DNA of 64,000 nt from Caldisericota bacterium. GTDB lineage: Bacteria > Caldisericota > Caldisericia > JAAYUI01. Of the stretch, positions 37,469 through 47,066 are shown in pieces; position 1 is the stretch's first letter; each line of letters opens with the position of its first letter. Below the pieces are notes generated by a model, which ran no database searches, was not told where the DNA came from, and saw only the letters and a program-made list of their open reading frames with translations. The position numbers and the translations under genes were made by a program. The DNA lies in contig JAKPMO010000002.1 of the NCBI GenBank assembly GCA_029548865.1, positions 128,001 to 192,000 of the forward strand, written 5' to 3'.

Positions 37469-38325
37469 AGAAGATTGGAACAATCTTCTTGGCACTTTTG
37501 ATAACTTTTCTCCCCAGTACGTTTGCGCAGGTGGGTGAGAAAACAATAGATTCTGAGCTGGTTCTCGTCTCCCCAGGAATGGTTGTTGATTGGCATTTTG
37601 AGGACAAAGTACTGCTTGACGGTCTTTACAGGGGAATGCTGGAACCAGATGAAACGACTTCAGAGCATGTCTGGGCAGGGCAGGGGTGCATTAACGACTA
37701 TTGCTTCTCTGAAGAGGGCGGATCGCCAGACCCTGTCATCCAGGGTTCATCCCTGCGTTGTCAGATGAGGTTTTTTGTTCCAAGCGATTTTTCTGGTGAA
37801 GATCCGGTCTCGGCAAGGCTTAGGATAATGGATCCATCTGGCCAGGATTTTGGCAATGGAATGCTTTACATGATGCTTGTAAAACCCGTCAAAGCATATT
37901 TCGTTGCTGGTGAAAAGCCTGTTCTTGTAAGAGAAATTGAGATGGATGGCTGTACTCCTGGCAAAACACTTTCAGAAAAGACATTAACAGCCAAAACAGC
38001 ACCAACAATTGTTTCTGGAAACATGATGATTCCCTTCAGACTCCTTGGCGAAATCATTGGTGCGGAGGTTGGCTGGAATAATTCAATTGGAGAGGCTTCA
38101 TATATCATGGGGCCCAAAAAAGTGCTTTTAAAAAAGGGAATTGACAAGGCAAGACTCGTTTACCCAAATCTTGAGAAGACCCTTGCAATGAGCACCGCTC
38201 CAGTTAATATAAAAGGGAACATAATGGTTCCTCTCAGATTTGTTTCAACGGCACTTGGCGGAAGTGTTGAATGGGACCAGTTCACAAACACCGCAATAGT
38301 TACCTTCCCGGGCTGTTCCAACTGA
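37465..38325 (+). CDS. secreted stalk-domain protein
   Basis: Signal peptide; MMIPFR..GAEVGW and IMVPLRFVS..GGSVEW; ATGA overlap with protease. Confidence 0.85.
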   Translation: MKKIGTIFLALLITFLPSTFAQVGEKTIDSELVLVSPGMVVDWHFEDKVLLDGLYRGMLEPDETTSEHVWAGQGCINDYCFSEEGGSPDPVIQGSSLRCQMRFFVPSDFSGEDPVSARLRIMDPSGQDFGNGMLYMMLVKPVKAYFVAGEKPVLVREIEMDGCTPGKTLSEKTLTAKTAPTIVSGNMMIPFRLLGEIIGAEVGWNNSIGEASYIMGPKKVLLKKGIDKARLVYPNLEKTLAMSTAPVNIKGNIMVPLRFVSTALGGSVEWDQFTNTAIVTFPGCSN

Positions 38326-38448
38326 TACTACAATTATAATTGGCAGGGAGTCATCTTGCACCGGATTCCCTATTGTGTAATAATTTGGTGTTATTTTTTT
38401 AACAATAAAAAAGCCTAGCGTGCGCCAGGCCATCTTTCAGGGGGAAGA

Positions 38449-38868
38449 ATGACCAGAAGAGATTATGGTTTGTCCGACAACATGAGACTTACGAAACAAA
38501 GAAGGGTGATTCTGGATATATTAAGAAACACTGATACTCATCCAACTGCTGATTGGGTTTATGCGAAAGCTCGAAGACAAATCAAAAACCTGAGCCTCGG
38601 TACCGTTTACAGGAACCTGGGCATTCTTACCAGAGAAGGTCTTGTCCAAAAACTTGAACTTGGGTTTGGCCAGGCCAGATATGATGGAAGGACTGATGGC
38701 CATATCCATATAGTGTGTGATAAGTGTGGTGTAATAAAGGAAATGATGCAACCCGAGAAGTTTGCCGAAATAAATGAAATACAGGACAAATCAGGTTTCC
38801 AGATCAACCATGTTGCCATGGAGATACATGGCATTTGCCCGAAGTGTAAGACTGACGGAAAGGAGTGA
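38449..38868 (+). CDS. Fur-family regulator (PerR-like)
   Basis: RLTKQR, HPTADWVY, SLGTVYRNL, HIH, CDKC...CPKC. Confidence 0.92.
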   Translation: MTRRDYGLSDNMRLTKQRRVILDILRNTDTHPTADWVYAKARRQIKNLSLGTVYRNLGILTREGLVQKLELGFGQARYDGRTDGHIHIVCDKCGVIKEMMQPEKFAEINEIQDKSGFQINHVAMEIHGICPKCKTDGKE

Positions 38869-38873
38869 TCCAC

Positions 38874-41126
38874 ATGCAGGAACCAAAAATCTCCGATAAC
38901 GCCAAGGTTGTCCTTGAAAAACGCTATCTGGCAAAAGATATGGATGGCAAAGTTATCGAAACACCACTTGGCATGCTCCAGAGGGTGGCCAGGGCCATAG
39001 CCGATGGAGATAGGGCCCATGGTGCAACTCCTGAACAGGTTGAGGAAACATATAAATCATTCCTTGAGATGATGGTGAATCTTGAGTTTTTGCCCAACTC
39101 GCCAACACTCATGAATGCTGGCAGAGAATTGGGCCAGCTTTCCGCGTGCTTTGTTTTGCCGGTTGAGGATTCGATAGAATCAATCTTCGAGGCTATCAAG
39201 CATACTGCCATGATCCACAAATCAGGTGGTGGTACTGGATTTTCCTTCTCAAGGCTCAGGCCGAAAAATGACATCGTGAAATCAACAAACGGTGTCTCAT
39301 CGGGACCAGTATCTTTTCTGAAGGTCTTTGATGCTGCCACCGAGGCGATAAAACAGGGTGGAACACGCAGGGGCGCCAACATGGGCATCCTGAGGATTGA
39401 CCATCCTGACATCCTCGAGTTCATCAAATGTAAGTCCGAAGATAAAACAATAAGCAATTTCAACATATCGGTTGGCATCACCGAGGATTTCATGAGGGCG
39501 GTGGATGCTGACGAAGAATACCCATTATTAAACCCAAGGGGCAAAGCTGTTGTTGAGAGGCTTAGGGCAAAAGAGGTTTTTGACCTCATAGTTGATATGG
39601 CATGGAAAAATGGTGAGCCAGGAATAATCTTCCTTGACAGGCTCAACAAGGACAACCCAACGCCAACATTGGGTGAAATAGAGTCCACGAACCCCTGCGG
39701 TGAACAACCTTTGCTTCCTTATGAGGCATGCAATCTTGGTTCCCTCAATCTTGCCACTGTCGTGATTGATGGGCAAATCGACTGGGACAAGCTGGCAAAA
39801 CTCATCAAGAAGTCTGTGCACTTCCTCGACAATGTTATCGATGTAAACAGGTATCCGCTTGAGTCGATAACAAAAATGTGCCGTGAAAACCGCAAGATTG
39901 GCCTTGGGGTGATGGGGTTTGCTGACATGCTCTTCCTGCTTGGCATATCATATAACTCGCAGGAAGCGGTTGATCTGGCAAACAAGATCATGGCATTTGT
40001 GCAAGACAAAGGCAGGGAAGCTTCAAGAGAGCTTGCCGAAACCAGAGGCCCTTTCCCCAATTTCCATATCTCAACATACGCGCAAGGCGACGAACCACCA
40101 GTTAGAAATGCCACAATAACTACCATTGCCCCAACTGGGACCATAAGCATGATAGCCGGGGTTTCTTCAGGAATAGAGCCGGTTTTTGCCATCTCCTATG
40201 TCCGCAACATCATGGATGGCAAGCAATTCTTTGAAACCAATACAATTTTCCAGCAAGAGCTTGAAAAGAGGGGCCTTGTCTCTGATGAACTGCTTGCACA
40301 AATATCTTCCGAGGGCACCATCGCCCACATTGACCAACTCCCACCGGACATCAAGAGAGTATTTGTTTGTGCCCATGACATCTCGCCGTACTGGCACGTC
40401 AGGATGCAGGCCGCTTTCCAGATGGCAACAGACAATGCAGTTTCAAAGACAGTCAACTTCCCCAACAATGCCACCAGGGAAGATGTAAAAGAAGTTTTTG
40501 TCCTTGCATACAAACTTGGCTGCAAGGGAGTAACTATATATCGCGATGGTTCAAGATCGGAACAGGTCTTGAGCATCAAGGAAGTAAACAAGGAAGCAAA
40601 GGCCGAAAATGTTGAAACAGGGCCAATTGCTCCAAGGGAACGCCCTGAAATGACGAAGGGTGTCACCTTCAGAATAAGAACTGGTTGCGGAAATCTTTTT
40701 GTAACAATAAATCATGATGAAAAGGGAATTTGTGAAGTATTTGCAACGATGGGCAAGTCTGGTGGTTGTGCCGCGGCGCAGTCAGACGGAATAGCAAGGC
40801 TCATTTCGCTTGCCCTGAGGGCAGGTGTTGATACGAAAGCAGTCATCGGACAGATAAGGGGACTCAGGTGCCCATCTCCAACTTGGGGCCAGAATGGTGC
40901 CGTTCTTTCCTGTCCAGATGCCATCTCACAGGCCCTTGAGCGGGTTTTGTCCTGGGAGACACTTGATTTTGGAGGCAATTCAGAACCCCCAAAAAATGGC
41001 CACTCCACTTCGCTTTCGGGCAATATTCTTGGCTTAAATCCTCAATGTCCTGATTGCGGGGCCATGCTTGAGTTTGCCGAAGGGTGCGTGATCTGCAAGT
41101 CTTGCGGATACAGCAAGTGTGGATGA
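38874..41126 (+). CDS. nrdJ: class II (B12-dependent) ribonucleotide reductase with TSCPD-type C-terminal domain
   Basis: FLPNSPTL, LSACFV, STNPCGEQPL, CNLGS, IAPTGTIS, TIYRDGSR, LSCPDAI, terminal Zn ribbon; alternative GTG start 38865. Confidence 0.93.
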   Translation: MQEPKISDNAKVVLEKRYLAKDMDGKVIETPLGMLQRVARAIADGDRAHGATPEQVEETYKSFLEMMVNLEFLPNSPTLMNAGRELGQLSACFVLPVEDSIESIFEAIKHTAMIHKSGGGTGFSFSRLRPKNDIVKSTNGVSSGPVSFLKVFDAATEAIKQGGTRRGANMGILRIDHPDILEFIKCKSEDKTISNFNISVGITEDFMRAVDADEEYPLLNPRGKAVVERLRAKEVFDLIVDMAWKNGEPGIIFLDRLNKDNPTPTLGEIESTNPCGEQPLLPYEACNLGSLNLATVVIDGQIDWDKLAKLIKKSVHFLDNVIDVNRYPLESITKMCRENRKIGLGVMGFADMLFLLGISYNSQEAVDLANKIMAFVQDKGREASRELAETRGPFPNFHISTYAQGDEPPVRNATITTIAPTGTISMIAGVSSGIEPVFAISYVRNIMDGKQFFETNTIFQQELEKRGLVSDELLAQISSEGTIAHIDQLPPDIKRVFVCAHDISPYWHVRMQAAFQMATDNAVSKTVNFPNNATREDVKEVFVLAYKLGCKGVTIYRDGSRSEQVLSIKEVNKEAKAENVETGPIAPRERPEMTKGVTFRIRTGCGNLFVTINHDEKGICEVFATMGKSGGCAAAQSDGIARLISLALRAGVDTKAVIGQIRGLRCPSPTWGQNGAVLSCPDAISQALERVLSWETLDFGGNSEPPKNGHSTSLSGNILGLNPQCPDCGAMLEFAEGCVICKSCGYSKCG

Positions 41127-41148
41127 TCGCTCTTGCCACTAATTTTCT

Positions 41149-41178
41149 AAAAGCCCACTTTGCTGGTGGGCTTTTTTT
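41149..41178 (+). terminator. intrinsic terminator after nrdJ
   Basis: AAAAGCCCAC...GTGGGCTTTTTTT. Confidence 0.82.
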
Positions 41179-41234
41179 GTTTCTACAGACAATTACGTTA
41201 TGACTCTCGTAACAGATGGAAAAGGAGGCTGCAA

Positions 41235-43439
41235 ATGAAAAAACTATTGCTTGTAGCGCTTGCAGTTATTATTGCCACAATGCCATTTTTCCTCCACCAC
41301 ATAGAATCTGGACAGACATCTTTTAGCCCCAAAAAGTATGTCACAGAAAACGTGATTGTCATCAACACTGATGGGTTGAGGTTTGTGGACGGACTTGGTT
41401 CAGAGGGCAAGTACTTAAGCCATATCTGGAATGATATCAGGCCAAATGGTGCCATCTTCACCAAGATGTACAATGAAACCTGCACTTATACTGCCCCTGG
41501 GCATGCACAGTGCATCACCGGTGCATGGCAATATGAGCCGAACAATGGCAGGATAAGGCCCTCAACGCCAACGATGTTCGAGTATTACAGGCGCCAGTTT
41601 GATGCGCCACCGGAGGATGTTTGCATCCTGCCCGGTAAAGGTAACTGCTGGCACCTGAACTATTCAACATTCCCAGGTTTTGGAAGAAACTATGAGACCC
41701 CATTTTATGATCTTGGCTATGGCGATGATGAGATTGCCTCGAAACTTGCGGAGCTTCTTCTGACCACCAAGCCAAAGCTTGTTTACGCAGTATTACCCCA
41801 TGTCGATGCTGTAGGACACTCAGGTGATTACAAGAAGTACACAGAATCCATTTCTCATGCCGATGAGCTCATATGGAAAATATGGCAGCAGATACAGTTT
41901 AATCCAAACTACAAAGACAAAACAACCCTCATAATAACTACCGATCATGGCAGGCATACCGAGGGTGTTAGGGATGGTTTTAAATCGCATGGCGATTCGT
42001 GTGAGGGTTGCAGGCACACCTATTGCGTAATGATCGGCCCTGATGTCAAAAAGGGTTTTGTTTATCAGTATGAATGCCTCCAGGTCGACATCGTCCCGAC
42101 GGTTGGGGAACTGCTTGGATTTGCTACGCCTGCCTGCGATGGGAGTTCTTTGATGAAGGCCCTTGTAGACAGGCCGCTAAAAGAAATTCCTGACGAGCAG
42201 AAGGCATACATCCTTTCCCTTGAGACTGAATGCAGGAGATTTAAGCAGAGCAAATATGATCAAGACCTTCCACGCATGCTTGACGCAAGCCTTAAAATCC
42301 CGGCTGCCAGTTTGGGACATTCAATAAACGATGCCATATTCTTGAAGGGTGTTCTTGAGGCCTCGGTGTTTTTGAAAAACAGCAGTGGCATAGATTACGT
42401 GAAGGCTTGGGCTGATTCGTGGATAGCAAAGGACGTGCCAAGAGACGACATTACTGATTCATTATGTGGCGAAGTTCTCTTTGAGCTTTTTGATGCCACA
42501 AATGATTCCAAGTACAAAGACATGGCAAGGGGAATTGCTGACTGGGTAATGTCCAAACCGTTTGGCGTGTCCGAGAAGGGTGCACTCCTGTGCAAAGAAA
42601 TTAAATCGCCAAAGCTCCAGGGTACAGCCAAACTCATCAAAGCGGACACGCTTTACGCTGTGGTCCCTCTTTTGTGCTATGCCCAGAAGCTGTTTGACGG
42701 CGAGTACGCGGAATTTGCGCTTGGCCAGTATGAGGCACACAAGAAACATCTGGCCGATGAAAAGGGCCTTTTCAGGCATTTTACACTGGCAAATGCTTCA
42801 CTCAAAATTAATCCAATAAACTGGGTAAGGGGCAATGCTTTTGTTTTGGGCTCAATCCTTGAGGCCTCATCAATACTTGGTGAAGACAAAGACTTCTACA
42901 AAAAGATTTCAGAATTGATCACAAAGGAACCTTTGGGTGACCAGATAGTCATGAGGCAGCAGCAAAATGGTTTGTGGATGGACGACCTCTCAGGGCAGGT
43001 ATCTGATTATGATACTGTTGCAAATTCCATATTGATCGGTGCCATTTCAAAATGGCAGGGTGAAAAAGTATCCAGAAGAGTTGGCGAGGGCAAGCTGTCA
43101 GAGATGTATTTTGACGAAGATGCACCTGCCACAATGGCTGTTTTGCCGGACAAGAAGAAGGTTACAAAGGAAAGCGCGCTCAATGGCTCGATGTACCATG
43201 TAATAGGCGCCTGGGACTCGATGTGGCCACAAATATCAGAATCTGGTCTGGTGTATGGTTGTGCTGAGCCGGCTTATGATGCCCAGTTGTACTACCAGGG
43301 TTTTATTCCTCCAGTTTACAGCAGGGACAGGGGCTTCTACAAAGAGGGCCAGGGTGCTTTCATGTCCGCACTTGTAGGTCTTTCCAGCCTGTGTTCCCAA
43401 CTTGGGCTAGTAAACAAGAGAATTCCGCCGATAAAATAG
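41235..43439 (+). CDS. exported alkaline-phosphatase-superfamily domain fused to GH105/GH88-like domain
   Basis: TDGLR, TYTAPGH, DAVGH, TTDHG; C-half ADTLYAVVP, GLFRH, WVRGNAF, QQQNGLW. Confidence 0.78.
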   Translation: MKKLLLVALAVIIATMPFFLHHIESGQTSFSPKKYVTENVIVINTDGLRFVDGLGSEGKYLSHIWNDIRPNGAIFTKMYNETCTYTAPGHAQCITGAWQYEPNNGRIRPSTPTMFEYYRRQFDAPPEDVCILPGKGNCWHLNYSTFPGFGRNYETPFYDLGYGDDEIASKLAELLLTTKPKLVYAVLPHVDAVGHSGDYKKYTESISHADELIWKIWQQIQFNPNYKDKTTLIITTDHGRHTEGVRDGFKSHGDSCEGCRHTYCVMIGPDVKKGFVYQYECLQVDIVPTVGELLGFATPACDGSSLMKALVDRPLKEIPDEQKAYILSLETECRRFKQSKYDQDLPRMLDASLKIPAASLGHSINDAIFLKGVLEASVFLKNSSGIDYVKAWADSWIAKDVPRDDITDSLCGEVLFELFDATNDSKYKDMARGIADWVMSKPFGVSEKGALLCKEIKSPKLQGTAKLIKADTLYAVVPLLCYAQKLFDGEYAEFALGQYEAHKKHLADEKGLFRHFTLANASLKINPINWVRGNAFVLGSILEASSILGEDKDFYKKISELITKEPLGDQIVMRQQQNGLWMDDLSGQVSDYDTVANSILIGAISKWQGEKVSRRVGEGKLSEMYFDEDAPATMAVLPDKKKVTKESALNGSMYHVIGAWDSMWPQISESGLVYGCAEPAYDAQLYYQGFIPPVYSRDRGFYKEGQGAFMSALVGLSSLCSQLGLVNKRIPPIK

Positions 43440-43450
43440 GTAAACAAACA

Positions 43451-43480
43451 AAAAAGGCGCTCCTTGTAGGCGCCTTTTTT
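43451..43480. terminator. bidirectional terminator
   Basis: AAAAAGGCGC...GCGCCTTTTTT between convergent genes. Confidence 0.82.
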
Positions 43481-43501
43481 GTTTGTTTTGGAGATGGGTC
43501 T

Positions 43502-43939
43502 TTAGTTGAATTTTATTGGCGCAGAAGGCCCTTTTGGAGTTTCCCTGATAATACCTGGGAACTTTGCGACCAGTATTTCAGCGGTAACACCAATGATGTT
43601 GCCATGATCGTCCAGATGACCTCCAGTGAACTCATGGTCATCTATGCAAAGCATTGCATGGATGTGGACCTTTGTTCCGCCAGCCTCTTTTGGCTCGATG
43701 TTTCCTGATGCAAGAAGGAGCTCGACTGCTCCCTCAACTTCCCTCATCGGGGCGTACTTGAAGCCCTCGGGAGTTGAAAGGATCGAAGTGAATCTGGCTT
43801 TTTTCAATGCTCCAACACATGAAGTTATAAAACCTGAACCAATACCAGAAGAGTTTACAGCTTCCCCTACACATTCAAGCAAATCATCGCCTGGATCAAG
43901 TCTGATGGCCAGAAAATCTCCGTTCAGTTTCCAGATCAT
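43502..43939 (-). CDS. PPC domain (DUF296) protein
   Basis: RLDPGDDL, CVGAL, HIH, GGHL, TAEI. Confidence 0.88.
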   Translation of the reverse strand: MIWKLNGDFLAIRLDPGDDLLECVGEAVNSSGIGSGFITSCVGALKKARFTSILSTPEGFKYAPMREVEGAVELLLASGNIEPKEAGGTKVHIHAMLCIDDHEFTGGHLDDHGNIIGVTAEILVAKFPGIIRETPKGPSAPIKFN

Positions 43940-43940
43940 C

Positions 43941-44564
43941 TCACTGTTGAGGAGTAGCGGCCGGTGGTGTTGCTGCTGTTTCGCCAGCAGCTGGTGTTTC
44001 TGCTTCTGCCGCGGCTTTTGGTGCCTTGATTGTTAGGATCATTGCATCTGGCGAGGTGGTAAAGGCTATTCCTTCAGGTGCTGCTAGGCTTCTGACGTGA
44101 AGCAGGGTCCCGAGGTCGAATTCTGCTACATCAACCACGATTTCGTTTGGTATCTTTTCTGGAAGTGCTTGAACTTTTATCTTGTAAAGTCTCTGCTCAA
44201 GTCTTCCGCCGACTTTTACACCCTTTGCATCGCCAATGAGTCTTACTGGCAGTGTGACTTCGATTGGTTCGTCGAGTTTTACGGTGTAGAAGTCAATGTG
44301 TTGGACCCTTCTTGTGATTACGTGCATCTGGCATTCCTTCACAAGGGCGGTCCTCTTTGTGCCGTTTATGTCTAGGTCAAACAAAAGCGTCGAAAGCCCT
44401 TTCCTCGAGAGAAGAACAAACTCTTTCTCGTTTACCTGGACGGGCTTGGAGCCTTGCATGCCTTTACCATAAATCACGGCTGGGATGGTCCCCTGGGCCC
44501 TGAGTTGTGCATTGTGGCCCTTGGTGTCTCCTCTTTCCTCAGCTTTAAGTGATACTCTCTGCAT
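43941..44564 (-). CDS. rplY: 50S ribosomal protein L25/Ctc
   Basis: LRAQGTIPAVIYG, HIDF, GVKVGG, IPNEIVVDV. Confidence 0.93.
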   Translation of the reverse strand: MQRVSLKAEERGDTKGHNAQLRAQGTIPAVIYGKGMQGSKPVQVNEKEFVLLSRKGLSTLLFDLDINGTKRTALVKECQMHVITRRVQHIDFYTVKLDEPIEVTLPVRLIGDAKGVKVGGRLEQRLYKIKVQALPEKIPNEIVVDVAEFDLGTLLHVRSLAAPEGIAFTTSPDAMILTIKAPKAAAEAETPAAGETAATPPAATPQQ

Positions 44565-44577
44565 GTCTTACTCCTTC

Positions 44578-45534
44578 TTATAGTCCTGGGATTCTTCGTT
44601 CGCTCACCGGAACATTGAACAGTTCCGAGATCGAACGATGGTCTCTTATACGGATAATTGCCTCGGCAATCAAGGGTGCAACGGAGAGGACCTTAATTTT
44701 TCCTGCCCGTTTTTCTTGTGGAATTGCTATAGTGTTGGTTATTACAAGTTCTATTATTGGTGATTGGTTTATTTTTTCTACGGCATTACCACCAAGAAGG
44801 CCATGTGTTGCACAGGCAAAGATCCTTTTTGCACCATTTTTATGGGCTTCGTATGCTGCCGTTACCATGGTGCCGCCAGTCTGGACAATGTCATCAACAA
44901 ATATTACATCTTTGTCTTTTACATCGCCGATAAAGTAGAGTGATTCAACAACATCTGGTTTCGGGCGTGTTTTTGCAAACACTGCTACTGTGCCGCTCAT
45001 GCTGTTTGCAAAAAGATTTGCTCTGGTAACGCCACCAATATCTGAAACTGCAACGGGGTTTCTGATGCCAATGCTTTCAAAGTAATCTTTAAAAATCATC
45101 ATTGCAGTGAGATTGTCAAATGGGATATCAAAAAATCCCTGGATCTGGTTTGCATGCAGATCAATGGTCATTGTTCTTGTGGCACCTGCAACTGTCAATA
45201 TGTCAGCAACCAGCTTGGCTGTTATTGGCTCTCTGGCCTGTGATTTCCTGTCCTGTCTTGCATAGCCGTAGTAGGGGATAATTACATTGACCGAGTTTGC
45301 TGATGCTCTCTTCAGGGCATCAATCATTATCAGCAGTTCCATTAGGTTGTCTGCTGGCGGGTTTGTCGGTTGAATAACAAAAACATCGTAACCTCTGACA
45401 TTTTCTCCTGGCCAGCACTTTATTTCACCGTCTGCGAACTTCATTACGTTCATTTTGGAAAGAGGAACATCAACATGTTCGCAAACTTCATTGGCAAGCA
45501 TCTCATTGGCAGAACCAGAGAATATCTTTATCAT
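44578..45534 (-). CDS. prs: ribose-phosphate pyrophosphokinase
   Basis: FADGE, PYYGYARQDRK, DLHANQIQGFF, DDIVQTGGT; ATGA overlap with glmU. Confidence 0.95.
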   Translation of the reverse strand: MIKIFSGSANEMLANEVCEHVDVPLSKMNVMKFADGEIKCWPGENVRGYDVFVIQPTNPPADNLMELLIMIDALKRASANSVNVIIPYYGYARQDRKSQAREPITAKLVADILTVAGATRTMTIDLHANQIQGFFDIPFDNLTAMMIFKDYFESIGIRNPVAVSDIGGVTRANLFANSMSGTVAVFAKTRPKPDVVESLYFIGDVKDKDVIFVDDIVQTGGTMVTAAYEAHKNGAKRIFACATHGLLGGNAVEKINQSPIIELVITNTIAIPQEKRAGKIKVLSVAPLIAEAIIRIRDHRSISELFNVPVSERRIPGL

Positions 45535-46877
45535 TTTCCCTCTCCATTTTGCTCTTTTTTCTTTTTGGCCCAACCTTCTTTTATGACCATAGGACTTCTT
45601 TCAATTGCAAGTGAATCTTCAGGAACATTTTTTGTGATTACAGAACCGGCGCCAGTGTATGCACCATCGCCTATTTCAACTGGCGCCACCAGCATTGTAT
45701 CTGAACCGATAAAGACGCCTTTTCCAATCTTTGTTTTGGATTTGTTTGTGCCATCATAATTGCACGTTATTGTTCCTGCGCCAATGTTTGTTTTTTCACC
45801 TACTTCACAGTCACCCAAATATGTAAGGTGAGGGACCTTTGATCCTTTGCCTATCTTTGATTTTTTGAGGTCGATGAAACACCCTATTGTTGCACCATCC
45901 TCAACTTCGACAAGTGGGCGCATCCTTACGAAAGGCCCTACTTTGACATTGTCGCCTATTGTTATGCCATCTTTTTTGCCATTGAGAAATACGAACGGAC
46001 CGATTTCACAGCCTTCTCCAATACTCATTTTGCCAGCCAGGTAGGTTTGGGGGTAGATTATTACATCTGGTGCTATCTCTACGCTTGTTTCAATGTATGT
46101 GGAGCCTGGATCAATTATGGTGACTCCAGACATTGCTAAATCTTTTAACCTTTTGATTAAAAGATTGCCTGTGATTTCTGCAAGCTGCCATCTATTGTTG
46201 ATTCCTCTGTATTCATCAAGATCGGTGGACCTGACGCTTACGTTTGTTTTTTCCTGCTGGTAGAGGATTTCTATAACATCAGTCAGATAATATTCTTTCT
46301 GGTCATTGTCTGGTGTGATTTTGTCGAGGGCTGGCCAGAGGTCTTCCATTTTGAAAAGATAAACACCTGCATTCACTTCGGCAATCATCTTTTCTTCAGG
46401 TTTGGCGTCCCTTTCCTCGACTATGTCTTTTATAGCACCCCAGTTGTCCCTTATGATCCTTCCGTATCCGGTTGGGTCCGGGACCTTTGCAGTGAGCATT
46501 ACACAGGATGGTTTCTCCGCCTCCGCCAGGTCTATCATTGATTTTAAGGTTGCTGGCCTAAGGAGTGGCGTATCGCCGCACAGAACAAACAAATAGCCGC
46601 TTTGACCTTCAAAGGTTGTTCTGGCTTTTATGACAGCGTCACCTGTTCCGAGCTGGGATGGCTGGGGAATGTAGGAATACGAATCTCCAAGTTCCTCCAT
46701 TACCTCTTTTGCTCCAACCCCTACCACCACGCCAATCTTTTCTATGCCAAGCGACCTGACGCAATCGAGCACATAGGATATCATTGGCCTTCCAAGGATT
46801 TGATGTAACACCTTGGGTGTCTTGGATTTCATCCTGACTCCGGCGCCTGCCGCAAGAATGAGTGCTGAGATTTCCAT
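45531..46877 (-). CDS. glmU: bifunctional GlmU
   Basis: ILAAGAGVRMKS..PKVLH, QLGTG, GYGRI, EYYLTD, HLTYLGD, NYDG; GGAG before ATG 46877. Confidence 0.95.
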   Translation of the reverse strand: MEISALILAAGAGVRMKSKTPKVLHQILGRPMISYVLDCVRSLGIEKIGVVVGVGAKEVMEELGDSYSYIPQPSQLGTGDAVIKARTTFEGQSGYLFVLCGDTPLLRPATLKSMIDLAEAEKPSCVMLTAKVPDPTGYGRIIRDNWGAIKDIVEERDAKPEEKMIAEVNAGVYLFKMEDLWPALDKITPDNDQKEYYLTDVIEILYQQEKTNVSVRSTDLDEYRGINNRWQLAEITGNLLIKRLKDLAMSGVTIIDPGSTYIETSVEIAPDVIIYPQTYLAGKMSIGEGCEIGPFVFLNGKKDGITIGDNVKVGPFVRMRPLVEVEDGATIGCFIDLKKSKIGKGSKVPHLTYLGDCEVGEKTNIGAGTITCNYDGTNKSKTKIGKGVFIGSDTMLVAPVEIGDGAYTGAGSVITKNVPEDSLAIERSPMVIKEGWAKKKKEQNGEGK

Positions 46878-46890
46878 ATGTCTCCATTTT

Positions 46891-46965
46891 TGGCTGGGGA
46901 GGCAGGATTCGAACCTGCGAGTGTCAGCTCCAAAGGCTGATGCCTTACCGCTTGGCGACTCCCCA
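46891..46965 (-). tRNA. tRNA-Gln(UUG)
   Basis: TGGGGAGTCGCCAAGCGGTAAGGC...TCAGC-CTTTGGA-GCTGA...GGTTCGAATCC...CCA; TTGACA-16-TAAAAT upstream. Confidence 0.96.
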
Positions 46966-47066
46966 ACGAAAATTTGATACGGCAGATAAATTTTAGCCTT
47001 CATGGTATGCATGTCAACAGTTAAACCATTGACTGAAGCTAAGTGTATTGCCAATGGAGGATTTTG

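Noticed and set aside
46878..47054. Extended glmU N-terminus and 82-aa ORF at 46639-46887
   Set aside because: The extension runs through tRNA-Gln and the RBS supports ATG 46877; the short ORF is an off-frame shadow inside glmU
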